Below are positions 21,362-32,676 of a stretch of DNA of 64,000 bases, piece after piece (the first letter of the stretch is position 1; the number at the start of each line of letters is the position of its first letter). The translations under genes were made by a program, and so were the position numbers. Below the pieces are notes generated by a model. It was not told the DNA's origin. It did no database searches and saw nothing but the letters and a program-made list of their open reading frames with translations. Origin of the DNA: Syntrophales bacterium (GTDB taxonomy: Bacteria; Desulfobacterota; Syntrophia; Syntrophales; UBA2210); contig CAXXNF010000002.1 in the NCBI GenBank assembly GCA_963666365.2, positions 2,368,001 through 2,432,000 on the forward strand, given 5' to 3'.

Positions 21362-23098
21362 TCATGTAAAAAACCGCCCGATGTGAAACCAGAGAACAAC
21401 ACTCACACCGGCAATAATATAATTCGTACCGAAGAGCCCTTCAAGAGCGGCATTCGAAAATTGCGCTCTTTTATCACAAAGTTCCAAACAAATCCATATA
21501 TAAAATACCGAGATAAGCAGCGCCGTCCCGACCATCGGGACGTAACCGGCGCCTACCGCGGCAATGATCATTACTGCAAGAAAAAGGGCAATCCCTTTTA
21601 TCAATCCTCGGGCCTTTGCCTCTCCCATGACCACGGGAATCGTCTCCCGCCCTACAAGCCGGTCGCTCTGTACCTCCACCATGTCGGACAATGCGGATTT
21701 CACAAAGACGATCGAAGAAATAAACAAAAAGGCGCATACCATCGTGGGCGTGAGATGGAACCCCCCTTCCATTGCGGGGATGAACGTCGTGACGATGCCC
21801 CAGGCGGCCGCCGTAAAAATGTTTTTCGACCCGGAGATGTCCCTCAAACGCTTTACTTTCAGGCTTCGCGGAAATACAACCACATTATAAAGCACGCCGA
21901 GGAGCGAAATGACAAAAAGACAGATGAGCGCACTGATGCTGAGCGCCGCGGAGATCATCAGCGCCAGAAAGAGGGCGCAGACGGCCGCGGTCATATAGCC
22001 TTTTCTGTGCCGTATGTATATTTCATCTCTGAACCCCCCGGTGATTCTCCCCAGATGGCGATCCTGCAGGCGATTGATCGTATGCATGGCATAGACATAC
22101 AATGCGGCCACACTCATGCTGAGCACATTCAGCCTCAGTCCCTGAAGAAACATGCTCACCATAGTGAGTGATGCAGCGCCGAGCACTGAATAGAGGTCTG
22201 TCTGGACGGCAAGGAACCCGGCGGAATAGACCCACTCCATTTTTCTCTGCTTCTTTCCCCGCAGATGAAATGTCAGATATTCGATTACGCTGTCGGTGAT
22301 CCAATTCGGCGTGGAAGCGCCGGCGGATACGCCGATCCGGTCAGCCCCCGCAAGGTCGATATGACGCAATTCGTCCGCCGTCTCTACATGAAATGCGGGC
22401 GTGCCCCTGCTCCGGGCAATATCGGCCAGACGTTGCGTATTGGCGCTGTTTTTCCCCCCCACGATGACCATGGCGTCTGTTTCAGAGGTCATTTTTTTTA
22501 TTTCAGCCTGCCGCCGCTCCGTGGAATCACAAATTGTATTGAATATCACCGCATGGGGAAAACGCTCGACGATAGACCCTGCAACCTCGTCAAAGCGCTT
22601 TGCATTCTGTGTGGTCTGCGCAACCACACAGACCTTGTCCAGGGGAGGAAGGCCGCTCACGTCGTCACCTTCGCCCAGCACGATCCCCTTCGACCCCGCA
22701 TAGCCGAGCAGGCCCGACACTTCCGGGTGCTCGCCGTCTCCCACAATAATGACATGATATGCTTCCCGGGCATGCTTTTTTATAATCGCCTGCACGCGGG
22801 CAACCTTTGGACAGGTCGCATCGACGATGGTTGCCCCTTTTGCCTTCAACAGCGCCCTTTCCTGAGGAGAGATGCCGTGAGCCCGTATGACGACCACGCC
22901 GCCGTCGATCTCATCGATGGTTGAGACCGGGACAATCCCCTGTTTTCTCAGGAGTTCAACCGTCTGAGGATTGTGAATAAGCTGACCGTAGGTATAGACG
23001 GGCCGCGCCCCCTTCTTACGGGCAATGTCGAGAACGATGTCCACGGCACGGCGCACCCCCATGCAAAATCCCGCTGTTTTGGCTCTTTTTATGATCAT
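21362..23098 (-). CDS. ispH: HMBPP reductase IspH fused to a C-terminal UbiA-like membrane domain
   Basis: GFCMGV, DATCPKV, TICDST, GGKNSANT, AGASTP; then ~290 aa of multi-TM sequence with N-R-L-Q-D and SDMVEVQSD. Confidence 0.9.
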   Translation of the reverse strand: MIIKRAKTAGFCMGVRRAVDIVLDIARKKGARPVYTYGQLIHNPQTVELLRKQGIVPVSTIDEIDGGVVVIRAHGISPQERALLKAKGATIVDATCPKVARVQAIIKKHAREAYHVIIVGDGEHPEVSGLLGYAGSKGIVLGEGDDVSGLPPLDKVCVVAQTTQNAKRFDEVAGSIVERFPHAVIFNTICDSTERRQAEIKKMTSETDAMVIVGGKNSANTQRLADIARSRGTPAFHVETADELRHIDLAGADRIGVSAGASTPNWITDSVIEYLTFHLRGKKQRKMEWVYSAGFLAVQTDLYSVLGAASLTMVSMFLQGLRLNVLSMSVAALYVYAMHTINRLQDRHLGRITGGFRDEIYIRHRKGYMTAAVCALFLALMISAALSISALICLFVISLLGVLYNVVVFPRSLKVKRLRDISGSKNIFTAAAWGIVTTFIPAMEGGFHLTPTMVCAFLFISSIVFVKSALSDMVEVQSDRLVGRETIPVVMGEAKARGLIKGIALFLAVMIIAAVGAGYVPMVGTALLISVFYIWICLELCDKRAQFSNAALEGLFGTNYIIAGVSVVLWFHIGRFFT

Positions 23099-23104
23099 AT
23101 CCGC

Positions 23105-23920
23105 TCACATCGAACAGGAAGGCTGCGAGGCAACTGATTCATTTTCTCCTGCAGAGACGCCACGACGCAGAGAAACACATTTGTGTGCGTAAATAAAGAA
23201 CTCCCTGTTTCCGGCAGGCCCCAGCAGTGGCGACTCGCACAGGCCTGCAACCCGGAACCCCCGGTCTTCCGCAACTGCTGCAATTTCATCGACAACCCGG
23301 TCATGCACCTCACGGTCCTTCACCACGCCGCCCTTTCCGATTTCAGAACGGTGTGCTTCAAACTGCGGCTTTATCAGCGCCAGAAGCCGGGCGCCTTCCG
23401 GAAGAAGGGGATAAAGCGCCGGCACTACCAGTTTGAGGGAAATAAAGGACACGTCAACCGTCACGATATCTATGGGCTCGTCAATTCCCCTGCCGTCGAA
23501 ATATCGTATATTGGTCCGTTCGAGAACACGGACACGCTCATCCATCCTGATTTTCCAGGCAAGCTGCCCATATCCCACATCAACGGCATAGACTATTCTC
23601 GCCCCTTCCTGCAGAAGACAGTCGGTAAATCCCCCCGTGGAGGCGCCGACATCCATTGCCACCGATCCCGCGACATCGACGCGGAAGGTCTCGAGGGCAT
23701 GCTTGAGCTTAACCCCCCCCCGGCTCACATAGGGATTCTGGTCTCCCCTGATGCGGATATCGGCATTGACCGATACAAGCTGTCCTGCCTTGTCTACCGT
23801 TGTTTCGTTGACTACCACGCTTCCCGACAGGATCAGTGAGCGCGCACGCTCACGCGACGACACCAATCCCCGTTCCGTCATCAGTTTGTCGAGCCGAATC
23901 TTTTTATCTTTATCACTCAT
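23105..23920 (-). CDS. tlyA: TlyA family rRNA (cytidine-2'-O)-methyltransferase
   Basis: S4 domain, [32 protein letters not shown]. Confidence 0.95.
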   Translation of the reverse strand: MSDKDKKIRLDKLMTERGLVSSRERARSLILSGSVVVNETTVDKAGQLVSVNADIRIRGDQNPYVSRGGVKLKHALETFRVDVAGSVAMDVGASTGGFTDCLLQEGARIVYAVDVGYGQLAWKIRMDERVRVLERTNIRYFDGRGIDEPIDIVTVDVSFISLKLVVPALYPLLPEGARLLALIKPQFEAHRSEIGKGGVVKDREVHDRVVDEIAAVAEDRGFRVAGLCESPLLGPAGNREFFIYAHKCVSLRRGVSAGENESVASQPSCSM

Positions 23921-25812
23921 GAAGCAAGCGCCATGATACGGAGTGTCTCTTCGACAATTCCCTCCGCATCAAGCCTGTAACGCCTTCTCAGCTCCGACTG
24001 CGTTCCCTGTTCCACAAACCGGTCATCTATTCCCAGTCGCCCTATCGCCCGCGGCGCGACACCTTTCTGCGCAAAAAGTTCCAGCACGGCGCTTCCGAAA
24101 CCGCCCATCAGCACGTTCTCTTCCACGGTAATCACCTTACCCGCGGCGGAGGCCGCATCGCAGATAAGATCGCCGTCAAGGGGCTTCACAAAGCGGCTGT
24201 TCACCACCGTCGCTTCAATCCCCTGTGATGACAGCATCTCGGCCGCCTGAAGCGAAGGGTAGACCGTCGATCCTATGGCGATGAGCGCCACGTCGCTCCC
24301 GTGACGGAGGATTTCGCCCCTCCCCAGTTCCATGACCCGCAGCGGATCATCGATGGGCACGCCCATCCCCCTTCCCCGGGGATAGCGGATAGCCACAGGC
24401 ACTCCGCATTCAACAGCGGTTTTGAGCATGTGTCGAAGCTCATTTTCATCCTTCGGCGCCATTACCGTCATGTGGGGAATCGACCTGAGATAGGAAAAGT
24501 CGAAAAGGCCGTGATGGGTAGGCCCGTCATCACCGACAATTCCTCCCCGATCGAGCGCCAGCACTAAGGGCAGCTTCTGAAGGCAGACGTCGTGCAGCAC
24601 CTGGTCGTAAGCCCGCTGCAAAAAAGTGGAATAAATTGCCACAACGGGGATAATGCCCTCCACCGCGAGACCCGCGGCAAAGGTGACCCCGTGTTGTTCG
24701 GCGATGCCCACATCGAAAAAGCGCTCGGGATAGATGCGGGCAAACTCATCGAGACCGGTGCCGTGGCGCATGGCGGCCGTTATTGCCGCCACGCGAGGAT
24801 TTTCCGAGGCAAGCTGCACCATGGTCCCGCCGAAGACATCCGTGTAGGCGGGTGGCGCGTCAGCATAGTGTGGTATCGCACCCGTATCGATATCGAAGGG
24901 ACCCAGACCGTGAAAACGAGAGGGCTCCTCCTCGGCAAATTTGTAGCCCTTCCCCTTTTTCGTAATAACGTGGACAAGGATCGGCCCTTTCAATTCGCGT
25001 ATGTTTTCGAAATTTTTTATCAGCTGATCGAGGTGGTGACCCTGAAGCGGTCCGATATACTTGAAGCCCATCTCTTCGAAGAGCATGCCGGGCACGAGGA
25101 AGGCCTTGAGCGATTCTTCTGCCTGTTTCGTAATTTTCACCATCTGCTCCCCGATCCCGGGAATGGTTTTCAGAAACCCCTGCACGCGACTCTTCAGCTT
25201 CGTCACCTGCTGCCCCGTCATTATCCTGTTCAGATATGAGGACAGGGCGCCCACATTGGGGGAGATGGACATCTCATTGTCATTGAGCACAATGATCAGG
25301 TCTTTCTGACGATCGCCGGACCAGTTGAGCCCCTCGAAGGCAATCCCCGCCGTCATGGATCCGTCGCCGATCACCGCAATAACCTTGTAATTCCGGCCTG
25401 TGAGGCACCGCGCCTCGGCAAGGCCCGAAGCAACCGATATGGAGGTGCTGCTGTGCCCTACCCCGAACACGTCGTAGATGCTTTCCTCGCGCTTCGGAAA
25501 TCCACTCAGCCCGCCAAGTTTTCTCAGTGTGCCGAATTCATCCTTTCGTCCCGTGACAATCTTGTGTGCATAGGCCTGATGCCCCACATCCCAGACAATT
25601 TTATCTTCGGGCGTGCTGAACACATAATGGAGTGCCAGCGTAAGTTCGACGGCGCCCAGCGACGCGGCAAGGTGGCCTCCATTCGAGGCGACCGTTTCGA
25701 TGATCTTCTGCCGTATTTCCTCCGCCAGACTATTCAGCTCCTCCAGGGTAAAATTTCTGATATCGGCGGGACTGTTAACTCGGTACAGCATAGCTCCCTC
25801 TTTTTCCGTCAC
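23917..25812 (-). CDS. dxs: 1-deoxy-D-xylulose-5-phosphate synthase
   Basis: [25 protein letters not shown]...[19 protein letters not shown]. Confidence 0.97.
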   Translation of the reverse strand: MTEKEGAMLYRVNSPADIRNFTLEELNSLAEEIRQKIIETVASNGGHLAASLGAVELTLALHYVFSTPEDKIVWDVGHQAYAHKIVTGRKDEFGTLRKLGGLSGFPKREESIYDVFGVGHSSTSISVASGLAEARCLTGRNYKVIAVIGDGSMTAGIAFEGLNWSGDRQKDLIIVLNDNEMSISPNVGALSSYLNRIMTGQQVTKLKSRVQGFLKTIPGIGEQMVKITKQAEESLKAFLVPGMLFEEMGFKYIGPLQGHHLDQLIKNFENIRELKGPILVHVITKKGKGYKFAEEEPSRFHGLGPFDIDTGAIPHYADAPPAYTDVFGGTMVQLASENPRVAAITAAMRHGTGLDEFARIYPERFFDVGIAEQHGVTFAAGLAVEGIIPVVAIYSTFLQRAYDQVLHDVCLQKLPLVLALDRGGIVGDDGPTHHGLFDFSYLRSIPHMTVMAPKDENELRHMLKTAVECGVPVAIRYPRGRGMGVPIDDPLRVMELGRGEILRHGSDVALIAIGSTVYPSLQAAEMLSSQGIEATVVNSRFVKPLDGDLICDAASAAGKVITVEENVLMGGFGSAVLELFAQKGVAPRAIGRLGIDDRFVEQGTQSELRRRYRLDAEGIVEETLRIMALAS

Positions 25813-25860
25813 CTGTCATTCCTTCCATACGCCCTGCTTCCGGAAAAGCGACGGCCTTCT

Positions 25861-26760
25861 TTATGAGGTTCGATCCACAATAAAACGCGCGATCATGCGG
25901 AGGGGATCGGCGCGCTCGTCAAAGGGTGAAAGATCGGTCAGGGCCTGGTCTACCAGTTCTCGGGCCTGCGCCCGCGAGGGTTCCAGTCCCATGAGCGCGG
26001 GATAGGTCGCCTTTTTTCGCTCGCCGTCACAGCCTGTTTCTTTTCCCAATACCTCCACATCGCCCTCCACATCGAGAATATCATCGGCAATCTGAAAGGC
26101 CAGTCCGATCTTCGCACCATATTCAGTAAGTCTTGCAAGCTCCTGCGGCCCTGCGCCGGCAAGGATCGCTCCGGCACGGAGAGACACCTGAAGCAGTGCC
26201 GCCGTTTTGTGGGTATGAATATAGCGGAGGGTCTCGAAATCAATCTCTTTCCCCTCCGATTCCAGATCAACCGCCTGGCCGCCGACCATACCGAAAAACC
26301 CCGCGGCACGGGCGATTTCTTGAATGACGGTCAGCAGCCCCTCTCCGTCAGAACCCCCGACGGCGGCCATGAGGCAAAAGGCCTCCGTCAGAAGGGCGTC
26401 CCCGGCAAGGATCGCTATTCCTTCGCCGAACACCTTGTGATTTGTCAATCTTCCCCGGCGATACTCGTCATCATCCATGGCAGGAAGATCGTCATGAATC
26501 AGAGAATAGGTGTGGATCATTTCGAGGGCGCAGGCGACGGGAAGTACCGCATCACTGTCTCCCCCCACCGCCTCGGCGGCGGCCATGCATAAAATGGGAC
26601 GCAGCCGTTTTCCACCGGCGAATATACTGTACCGGGCGGCGTTACAGAGCGAAGGGGGGTAGGCGTCGACCCCGGGCACATAGCGCTCGAGGGCCTCGTC
26701 AACTATTTTTTTCCGCGCCTCCAGATATTTCTTCAACGCTTCGCTGTCGTTACTGCGCAC
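25861..26760 (-). CDS. ispA: Farnesyl/geranylgeranyl diphosphate synthase
   Basis: GGKRLRP, HDDLPAMDDD..RRG, FQIADDILD; start approximate (GTG 26760). Confidence 0.92.
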   Translation of the reverse strand: MRSNDSEALKKYLEARKKIVDEALERYVPGVDAYPPSLCNAARYSIFAGGKRLRPILCMAAAEAVGGDSDAVLPVACALEMIHTYSLIHDDLPAMDDDEYRRGRLTNHKVFGEGIAILAGDALLTEAFCLMAAVGGSDGEGLLTVIQEIARAAGFFGMVGGQAVDLESEGKEIDFETLRYIHTHKTAALLQVSLRAGAILAGAGPQELARLTEYGAKIGLAFQIADDILDVEGDVEVLGKETGCDGERKKATYPALMGLEPSRAQARELVDQALTDLSPFDERADPLRMIARFIVDRTS

Positions 26761-26986
26761 TTTCTTTCTCCTCTGTAAAGGGGGCAATGCGCACTTCATC
26801 GCCTTCCTGAAGGAGCATGTCCACTGTTCGTTCCGCCTCGTCGAGCTTGTTCATACAGAAACGTGAAAGCTCTATCCCTTCCTGAAAGGCTTTTAACGAT
26901 TCATCAAGCGTCATTTCTCCCGATTCCATCGCTTTTACGATACTTTCCAGCTTTTCCAGGGCCTTTTCAAATTTCTTTTCCGCCAT
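26750..26986 (-). CDS. xseB: Exodeoxyribonuclease VII small subunit
   Basis: [25 protein letters not shown]; xseA-xseB-ispA-dxs-tlyA synteny. Confidence 0.95.
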   Translation of the reverse strand: MAEKKFEKALEKLESIVKAMESGEMTLDESLKAFQEGIELSRFCMNKLDEAERTVDMLLQEGDEVRIAPFTEEKESAQ

Positions 26987-28319
26987 CGCCGTTCTCCTTC
27001 ATGATGGTGGTGACATGTGCGTGGAAGGTTCCCGACGCAACCTGCACCGATACGGGGGTTCCCTCGGTGAGAGACGTCACCTCCCTGATAATCTTCCCTT
27101 CTGGCAATCGCCGTGCAATGCCGTATCCCCGGCTCAATACGGACAGGGGATTGAGACTTTCCAGCAAGGACAGAGATTCATTCAGCCGGCGCCGTGCGCG
27201 ATCCTGACAGTAACGGCACTGAAAAACAGCCTCTTTGGTCAATGTGCGCACCCGGTACCGCCCTTCGGCAATGACTCCCTTCGGGTTGAACCGCCGAAGG
27301 GCACGGGCATGCTCCTGTAAGCGCCGCTCCTTTTCGGCGAGCCCCCGGTGAATCCTCCGGGAAAGCCCGTCGCGCATGTCATCGACAGACAGTCTCAGAT
27401 CAGCGATTGTCCTTCGGGGATCCACAAGACGTTCTGCAAGAAAATGGAGGCGCTCCCGCCTGCTCTGTTGCAGATGCCGGCACACCTGCGCCATGCGATT
27501 GCCCAGGGAGAACAGTGCGCTGCCTAATTCTCTCCGGTCGGGCGCCACGATTTCCGCCGCCGCCGAGGGCGTAGGCGCCCTCAGGTCGGCCGTAAAATCG
27601 GCAATGGTGAAATCTATCTCGTGTCCCACCGCCGATACGACGGGTATGCGGGATCTGTAGATTGCCCGTGCCACCCGTTCGTCGTTGAAGGGATAAAGGT
27701 CCTCCATGGAACCCCCTCCCCGGGTTACAATGATCACATCCACATCGGTCCGGCTGTTGAGCAGATCAACGGCGTGAGCGATCTCGGCGGCCGCTTCCAC
27801 TCCCTGGACCCTGACGGGCACGATCACAATATTGCCTGAGGGGAATCTTCTTTTTGTGATATTCAGAATATCACGTATCGCCGCCCCCGTGGGCGATGTG
27901 ACAATCCCGATTTTTTCGGGAAAACGCGGAAGGGGCCGTTTATGGGCCCTGTCGAAAAGCCCTTCCCCTTCAAGCCTTCGTTTCAGTTGCTCGAAGGCGA
28001 TTTGAAGGGCGCCGATCCCCCGTGGTTCCGCGGCCTCGACAATAAGCTGATATTCGCCACGGGGAACATAGACTGAAAGACGCGCACGACAGATGACGGC
28101 AAGTCCCTCTTCCATGTCGAACCCTATGGCGTTGCCGCTCCGGCGGAACACCACGGCCCGCACCTGGCTTCCCTCGTCTTTGAGGGTAAAATAGAGGTGC
28201 CCCGATCCGGGCCGGCGCAGATTTGAAATTTCACCGGCCACCCAGAGAACGCCGAATCCAGTCTCCAGGTACGCCTTTATATTGGCCGTCAGTTCTGTCA
28301 CAGTAAGAATATGTTCCAT
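26967..28319 (-). CDS. xseA: Exodeoxyribonuclease VII large subunit
   Basis: [41 protein letters not shown]. Confidence 0.97.
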   Translation of the reverse strand: MEHILTVTELTANIKAYLETGFGVLWVAGEISNLRRPGSGHLYFTLKDEGSQVRAVVFRRSGNAIGFDMEEGLAVICRARLSVYVPRGEYQLIVEAAEPRGIGALQIAFEQLKRRLEGEGLFDRAHKRPLPRFPEKIGIVTSPTGAAIRDILNITKRRFPSGNIVIVPVRVQGVEAAAEIAHAVDLLNSRTDVDVIIVTRGGGSMEDLYPFNDERVARAIYRSRIPVVSAVGHEIDFTIADFTADLRAPTPSAAAEIVAPDRRELGSALFSLGNRMAQVCRHLQQSRRERLHFLAERLVDPRRTIADLRLSVDDMRDGLSRRIHRGLAEKERRLQEHARALRRFNPKGVIAEGRYRVRTLTKEAVFQCRYCQDRARRRLNESLSLLESLNPLSVLSRGYGIARRLPEGKIIREVTSLTEGTPVSVQVASGTFHAHVTTIMKENGDGGKEI

Positions 28320-28340
28320 AAAACAGGACGGGAAGAGGAC

Positions 28341-30098
28341 CTATTTTGCAGTCCCTTTTATTTCTCTTCTCCGTGAGGTGCCTCTCATTTTTTTCAACAC
28401 GTTCGATTCGATCCGTTTTGCCTGTTCCATCATGCCCGTCACATCATCCCCTTCAGCTTCGGGATCGAATTCCGCCTTTTCACTGATGCCGAATCTCATT
28501 CTCAGCACCTTCTCTTCTCGAGGAGTAAGCGTTGCCAGAATATTCCTCGTCTGTTTTGCCAGATCCATGCTCATGGTGGCATCGGAGGGCGACATAATTT
28601 TCTTATCCTCGATGAAATCTCCCAGAGAACTGTCCTCTTCCTCTCCGATGGGCGTTTCAAGAGATATAGGTTCTTTGGCGATTTTCAAGACTTTTCTGAC
28701 TTTTTCCAGAGGAAATTCCATCTTTTGCGCAATTTCCTCGGGGTTTGGCTCTCTTCCCAATTCCTGCACAAGGTAACGGGAAGTTCTGATCAGTTTATTT
28801 ATGGTTTCTATCATGTGCACGGGAATGCGAATCGTTCGTGCCTGGTCGGCGATCGCCCTGGTAATTGCCTGGCGAATCCACCAGGTGGCATAGGTGGAAA
28901 ACTTGTATCCACGTTGATATTCAAACTTTTCCACCGCTTTCATCAGCCCGATGTTCCCTTCCTGAATCAGGTCGAGAAACTGCAAGCCGCGGTTGGTGTA
29001 TTTTTTGGCGATACTTACCACAAGTCTCAGATTCGCCTGAATAAGTTTCTGTTTTGCCTCGTTTGCCTCAGATTCCCCTTTATTGATGAGTGCCACCAGC
29101 ACTTTCAACGATTCGGTCGATGCACCGATCTTGTCGGCAATCGCCCTTCTTTCGCGGCGGGAGTTCTTTACCACCTTCTCGGATTCCTTGAGCCTGGCAA
29201 GAGGAATATTCGCTTCTTTTGCAATTGCCTGTTCCTGTTCGGGTTTTTTCCTCATACGCGCACAGAGGTCGTCCAGATTTTTCAGCGAGAGGCCCGTTTT
29301 CTCCTTGCATGCCTGTATCTGGTCTTCCATCACCCTGATACGTTCTACATTCTTTTTAAGCTTAGCCACCATCCCGTTCACCCGCCGCTTGCTGAAATTT
29401 ATCTCTTTGCAAAGGGCGATGATGCGCTGGGTATTTTTTTCGATGTCTGAAGCGAGGTGCGCTTTACGGGCTTCGTCAATTCCTTTTTCCCTCAGTTCCC
29501 CTCTCAGGACGGTATTTGCCTCATGAACCGCACGAATCTGCTCGATGAGCGCCTGCACCCGCTCAATATGCACCTCTTCTTCCACAAACCCCGCTTCATC
29601 CTCAAGGCTGTCGATCACGCTTTTTATACGAATGTCGCCGTTTTTGAGCCGTTCTCCGATCCTGACCACCTCTTCCACGAAATAGGGGAGATTGAAAAGG
29701 GTCTGCATTACTTTGCGCTCCCCCTCTTCGATCTGTTTGGCGATTTCTACTTCTTCCTCTCGGCTCAGAAGGGAAACAAGCCCCATTTCCCGCAAATAGA
29801 GCTTTACGGGGTCTCCGGTCTTGCCCAGAGGAGAGGCCATGGCCGAAGGCTCTTTGTCGAGTTCTTTCTGATCGTCGGAGTCATCGGAAAATTTACTTCT
29901 CCCGGTGGGACTCTCCTTTTCCGCATCTATGACATCTATATTTTTTTCACCGAAAAACACAATAATATCGTCAATCTGATCGGAAGATACGACATCGGAC
30001 GGCAGCATGTCATTCATGTCATCATAGGTAAGAAAACCCTTTTCCTCACCCAGAGAAATCAGCTTTTTCACTTCATCCGAGTTAATGACTCTTTTCAT
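28341..30098 (-). CDS. rpoD: RNA polymerase group-1 sigma factor (RpoD) with divergent region 4.2
   Basis: Region 1.1, [54 protein letters not shown]; downstream of dnaG; AAGGAG SD before 30098. Confidence 0.93.
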   Translation of the reverse strand: MKRVINSDEVKKLISLGEEKGFLTYDDMNDMLPSDVVSSDQIDDIIVFFGEKNIDVIDAEKESPTGRSKFSDDSDDQKELDKEPSAMASPLGKTGDPVKLYLREMGLVSLLSREEEVEIAKQIEEGERKVMQTLFNLPYFVEEVVRIGERLKNGDIRIKSVIDSLEDEAGFVEEEVHIERVQALIEQIRAVHEANTVLRGELREKGIDEARKAHLASDIEKNTQRIIALCKEINFSKRRVNGMVAKLKKNVERIRVMEDQIQACKEKTGLSLKNLDDLCARMRKKPEQEQAIAKEANIPLARLKESEKVVKNSRRERRAIADKIGASTESLKVLVALINKGESEANEAKQKLIQANLRLVVSIAKKYTNRGLQFLDLIQEGNIGLMKAVEKFEYQRGYKFSTYATWWIRQAITRAIADQARTIRIPVHMIETINKLIRTSRYLVQELGREPNPEEIAQKMEFPLEKVRKVLKIAKEPISLETPIGEEEDSSLGDFIEDKKIMSPSDATMSMDLAKQTRNILATLTPREEKVLRMRFGISEKAEFDPEAEGDDVTGMMEQAKRIESNVLKKMRGTSRRREIKGTAK

Positions 30099-30147
30099 GT
30101 AGTTTTTCTCCTTGTATGCCGGCGGCATTGATCATTCATATCACTCG

Positions 30148-31944
30148 TCACAGAAAGGTTTCCTGCGACTGGAGCCGTTTTTCTTCTCCGAGCAAACGCT
30201 CCTTTTCAAGCAGCAGCCTGCGGCAGAGATCTCCATCACCTTTTTCACGGGCCGTCACCATTTGCCGCATCAGCATTCGATGGCGCTCCTTGTACCATTT
30301 TGCCTTAATTTTCAGTATAGTATCACGAAACACCCTGTCGATGATTTCTTCTTTTTCAGGAGAATCCTCCATTGCCAACTTGAGAAGGGCGTCTCTCACC
30401 GCCCTGTCGTCCATGCTGTCGGCGATATCCGATATGGTCACCGCCTGCCGGTTATCATAGGCCGCACACACCCGCTCGGCAGCCGCCTTCAGGCGGGGAT
30501 CGGTAAAAAATCCCAGGATCCGCTCATTTTGGATCAGCGGTATCTTGTGGGAATATTCGACCATCAAATAGAGGCCATACAGTTCTATCGGCTCGAGTCT
30601 GCCCGCCGCCGGCTCTGCATGGGGCTTCACATTCGGCACTTCAGCGCTCCTCTTCGTCGGCGCCTTTTTTACCCGATCCTTGATGAGCGATTCATCGAGC
30701 CCCAGCTTTTCAGCCACCCTTTTGATGAATAGATTCCGCTGAATTACATCGGAAATGGCACTGATCAATGAAATCGCCCTCCCGGCAAGTACGGTCTGTT
30801 CTTCCATCGATCGATTGTCCCCCATGACGGAGTCGATATAATAATCGACCATGGACGGGGCATGGGCAATCAATTCGTCCATTGCATCCCTGCCATGGGT
30901 CCTCACGTAATCATCGGGATCATGACCCTCCGGCAGAGGGACTATTCGCGCACGGACCTCCGCCTCGAGGAAAAGCGGCAGACTCCGTTCTATGGCAGTG
31001 CGCCCCCCCGCGTCACCGTCGTAGAGGAGCACGACATTCCGGGTAAACCTTCTGAGCAGTTCCACCTGGCGCGGGGTAAGGGCTGTGCCGAGCGTGGCCA
31101 CCACATTTCTGATACCCGCATTCCACAGCGAAAGCAGATCGAAATACCCCTCTACAATGATGCAGCCGTCACTTCGCTGAATATCTCCCTTTGTACGATA
31201 CAGACCGTAAAGATTGTCTCCCTTTATATAGAGGGGAGATTCCGGAGAATTAAGATATTTCGGTTCCTCGCCTCCCAGCGCCCTCCCGCCGAAGGCAACC
31301 ACATCTCCGTTCACATTTTCTATCGGCAGCATCAGCCTGTTGCGGAAACGATCATAACAGGCGGATTCATTTTTAACGACCAGAAGCCCCGCTTTCTCTG
31401 CGAGCCCCTGTGAAATTTTAGAAGCGGCAAAATAACTCCTGAGGTTCCCCCATCCCTCCGGGGCATACCCGATCTGAAATGTTTCGATGAGGGAAGCCCC
31501 CACCCCCCGTGCGTCAAGGTAATCACGGGCGATCCGCCCCTTTTCCGATGAAAAGTTCCTCCGATAATACTCGGCGGTCATGCGGTGCAGCGCCAGCAGA
31601 TTTTCCCGCTCACTGTGCTTCCTTTTTTCACCTGCCGTCATCCGCCGCAGGGGGATCTCAATACCGGCTCTGGCGGCAAGGTGTCGAACCGCCTCGGGAA
31701 ACGTGCAGGTGTTCACCTTCATCAGAAACGAATATACATTCCCCCCTTCGCCGCACCCATAGCACCGGTATATCTGCTTTTCAGGGTTTACCGTAAATGA
31801 TGGCGCTTTCTCTTTATGAAAGGGACAGAGGCCTACGTAATGCCTGCCTGCTTTTTTCAGCGTAACGAATTCAGAAATGAGATCGACGATATCCGTCCTG
31901 TGCTTTACCTCTTCGACTATTTCGTGAGGAATATATCCGTTCAA
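30148..31944 (-). CDS. dnaG: DNA primase
   Basis: CPFH..CYGC zinc finger, FGGR, KYLNSPES, VEGYFD, YDGDAGG TOPRIM, DPDD. Confidence 0.97.
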   Translation of the reverse strand: MNGYIPHEIVEEVKHRTDIVDLISEFVTLKKAGRHYVGLCPFHKEKAPSFTVNPEKQIYRCYGCGEGGNVYSFLMKVNTCTFPEAVRHLAARAGIEIPLRRMTAGEKRKHSERENLLALHRMTAEYYRRNFSSEKGRIARDYLDARGVGASLIETFQIGYAPEGWGNLRSYFAASKISQGLAEKAGLLVVKNESACYDRFRNRLMLPIENVNGDVVAFGGRALGGEEPKYLNSPESPLYIKGDNLYGLYRTKGDIQRSDGCIIVEGYFDLLSLWNAGIRNVVATLGTALTPRQVELLRRFTRNVVLLYDGDAGGRTAIERSLPLFLEAEVRARIVPLPEGHDPDDYVRTHGRDAMDELIAHAPSMVDYYIDSVMGDNRSMEEQTVLAGRAISLISAISDVIQRNLFIKRVAEKLGLDESLIKDRVKKAPTKRSAEVPNVKPHAEPAAGRLEPIELYGLYLMVEYSHKIPLIQNERILGFFTDPRLKAAAERVCAAYDNRQAVTISDIADSMDDRAVRDALLKLAMEDSPEKEEIIDRVFRDTILKIKAKWYKERHRMLMRQMVTAREKGDGDLCRRLLLEKERLLGEEKRLQSQETFL

Positions 31945-31971
31945 TTCCTTCGTCTTTCTTGTGCTTCATGC

Positions 31972-32418
31972 TCAGCTGGACAGGACCGCCTTTACCAGTT
32001 CGCTTACGAGTTTTCCGTCGGCTTTCCCCGTCACCACCGGCATGAGTTCCTTCATCACCTTTCCCATGTCCCGCACAGTGGTTGCACCGACCTTATCCAC
32101 CGCTTTGGCGATCTCGGCCCTAATCTCCTCTTCGGACATCTCCTCCGGCATAAAACTCTTTATTATTTCAAGTTCTTTCTGTTCCTTTTCAACCAAATCA
32201 CTCCTGCCGCCTTTGGCGAATTGTTCAATTGAATCATGCCGCTGTTTTACCATGGAAGAGAAGACCTGCATCACTTCAACCTCTCCCAGCTTTTTTTTAT
32301 GGTCTATCTCCTTGTTGTGAAGCGCAGACTTCATCAATCGGATCGTCGAGAGCTTTAACGCATCCTTCGCCCTTGCCGCCTCTTTCATTTCAGCATCAAG
32401 TTTTTCCTGTATATCCAT
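31972..32418 (-). CDS. GatB/YqeY domain protein
   Basis: MKEAARAKD..LSTIR, QR.DSIEQF.KGGR, DMGKVMK. Confidence 0.92.
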   Translation of the reverse strand: MDIQEKLDAEMKEAARAKDALKLSTIRLMKSALHNKEIDHKKKLGEVEVMQVFSSMVKQRHDSIEQFAKGGRSDLVEKEQKELEIIKSFMPEEMSEEEIRAEIAKAVDKVGATTVRDMGKVMKELMPVVTGKADGKLVSELVKAVLSS

Positions 32419-32472
32419 GATCGCTTCCGCCTCTTCATATAGAATAGGGACCCCTTGTTCGAAAGGCAACCC

Positions 32473-32621
32473 GAGACTTTTGCAGGACCTCGTAAAATCA
32501 TCAATTTCGTCATTCCGGCAGATCCCGGATCAAGTCCGGGAGGTATCCAGTTTTTTCGCGCACGTTCTGGATTCCGGGTCACGCCCGGAATGACAGAAAA
32601 GGGAATTATGCAAAGCGTCTC
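32473..32621. mobile_element. Small non-autonomous (MITE-like) element with internal palindrome
   Basis: Imperfect terminal inverted repeats GAGACTTTTGCA / TGCAAAGCGTCTC enclose GTCATTCCGG...ATCCAG / CTGGATTCCGG...CCGGAATGAC. No clear target-site duplication. Confidence 0.6.
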
Positions 32622-32644
32622 ATTCCTCTCGATGGAATCCCTTT

Positions 32645-32672
32645 AATGTAATACTGTCTTTCCCTTTGTCAA
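32645..32672 (-). promoter_or_regulatory. Candidate sigma70 promoter for yqeY-dnaG-rpoD
   Basis: Minus strand TTGACA (32672-32667), 16 bp, TACATT (32650-32645). Confidence 0.5.
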
Positions 32673-32676
32673 TTTA

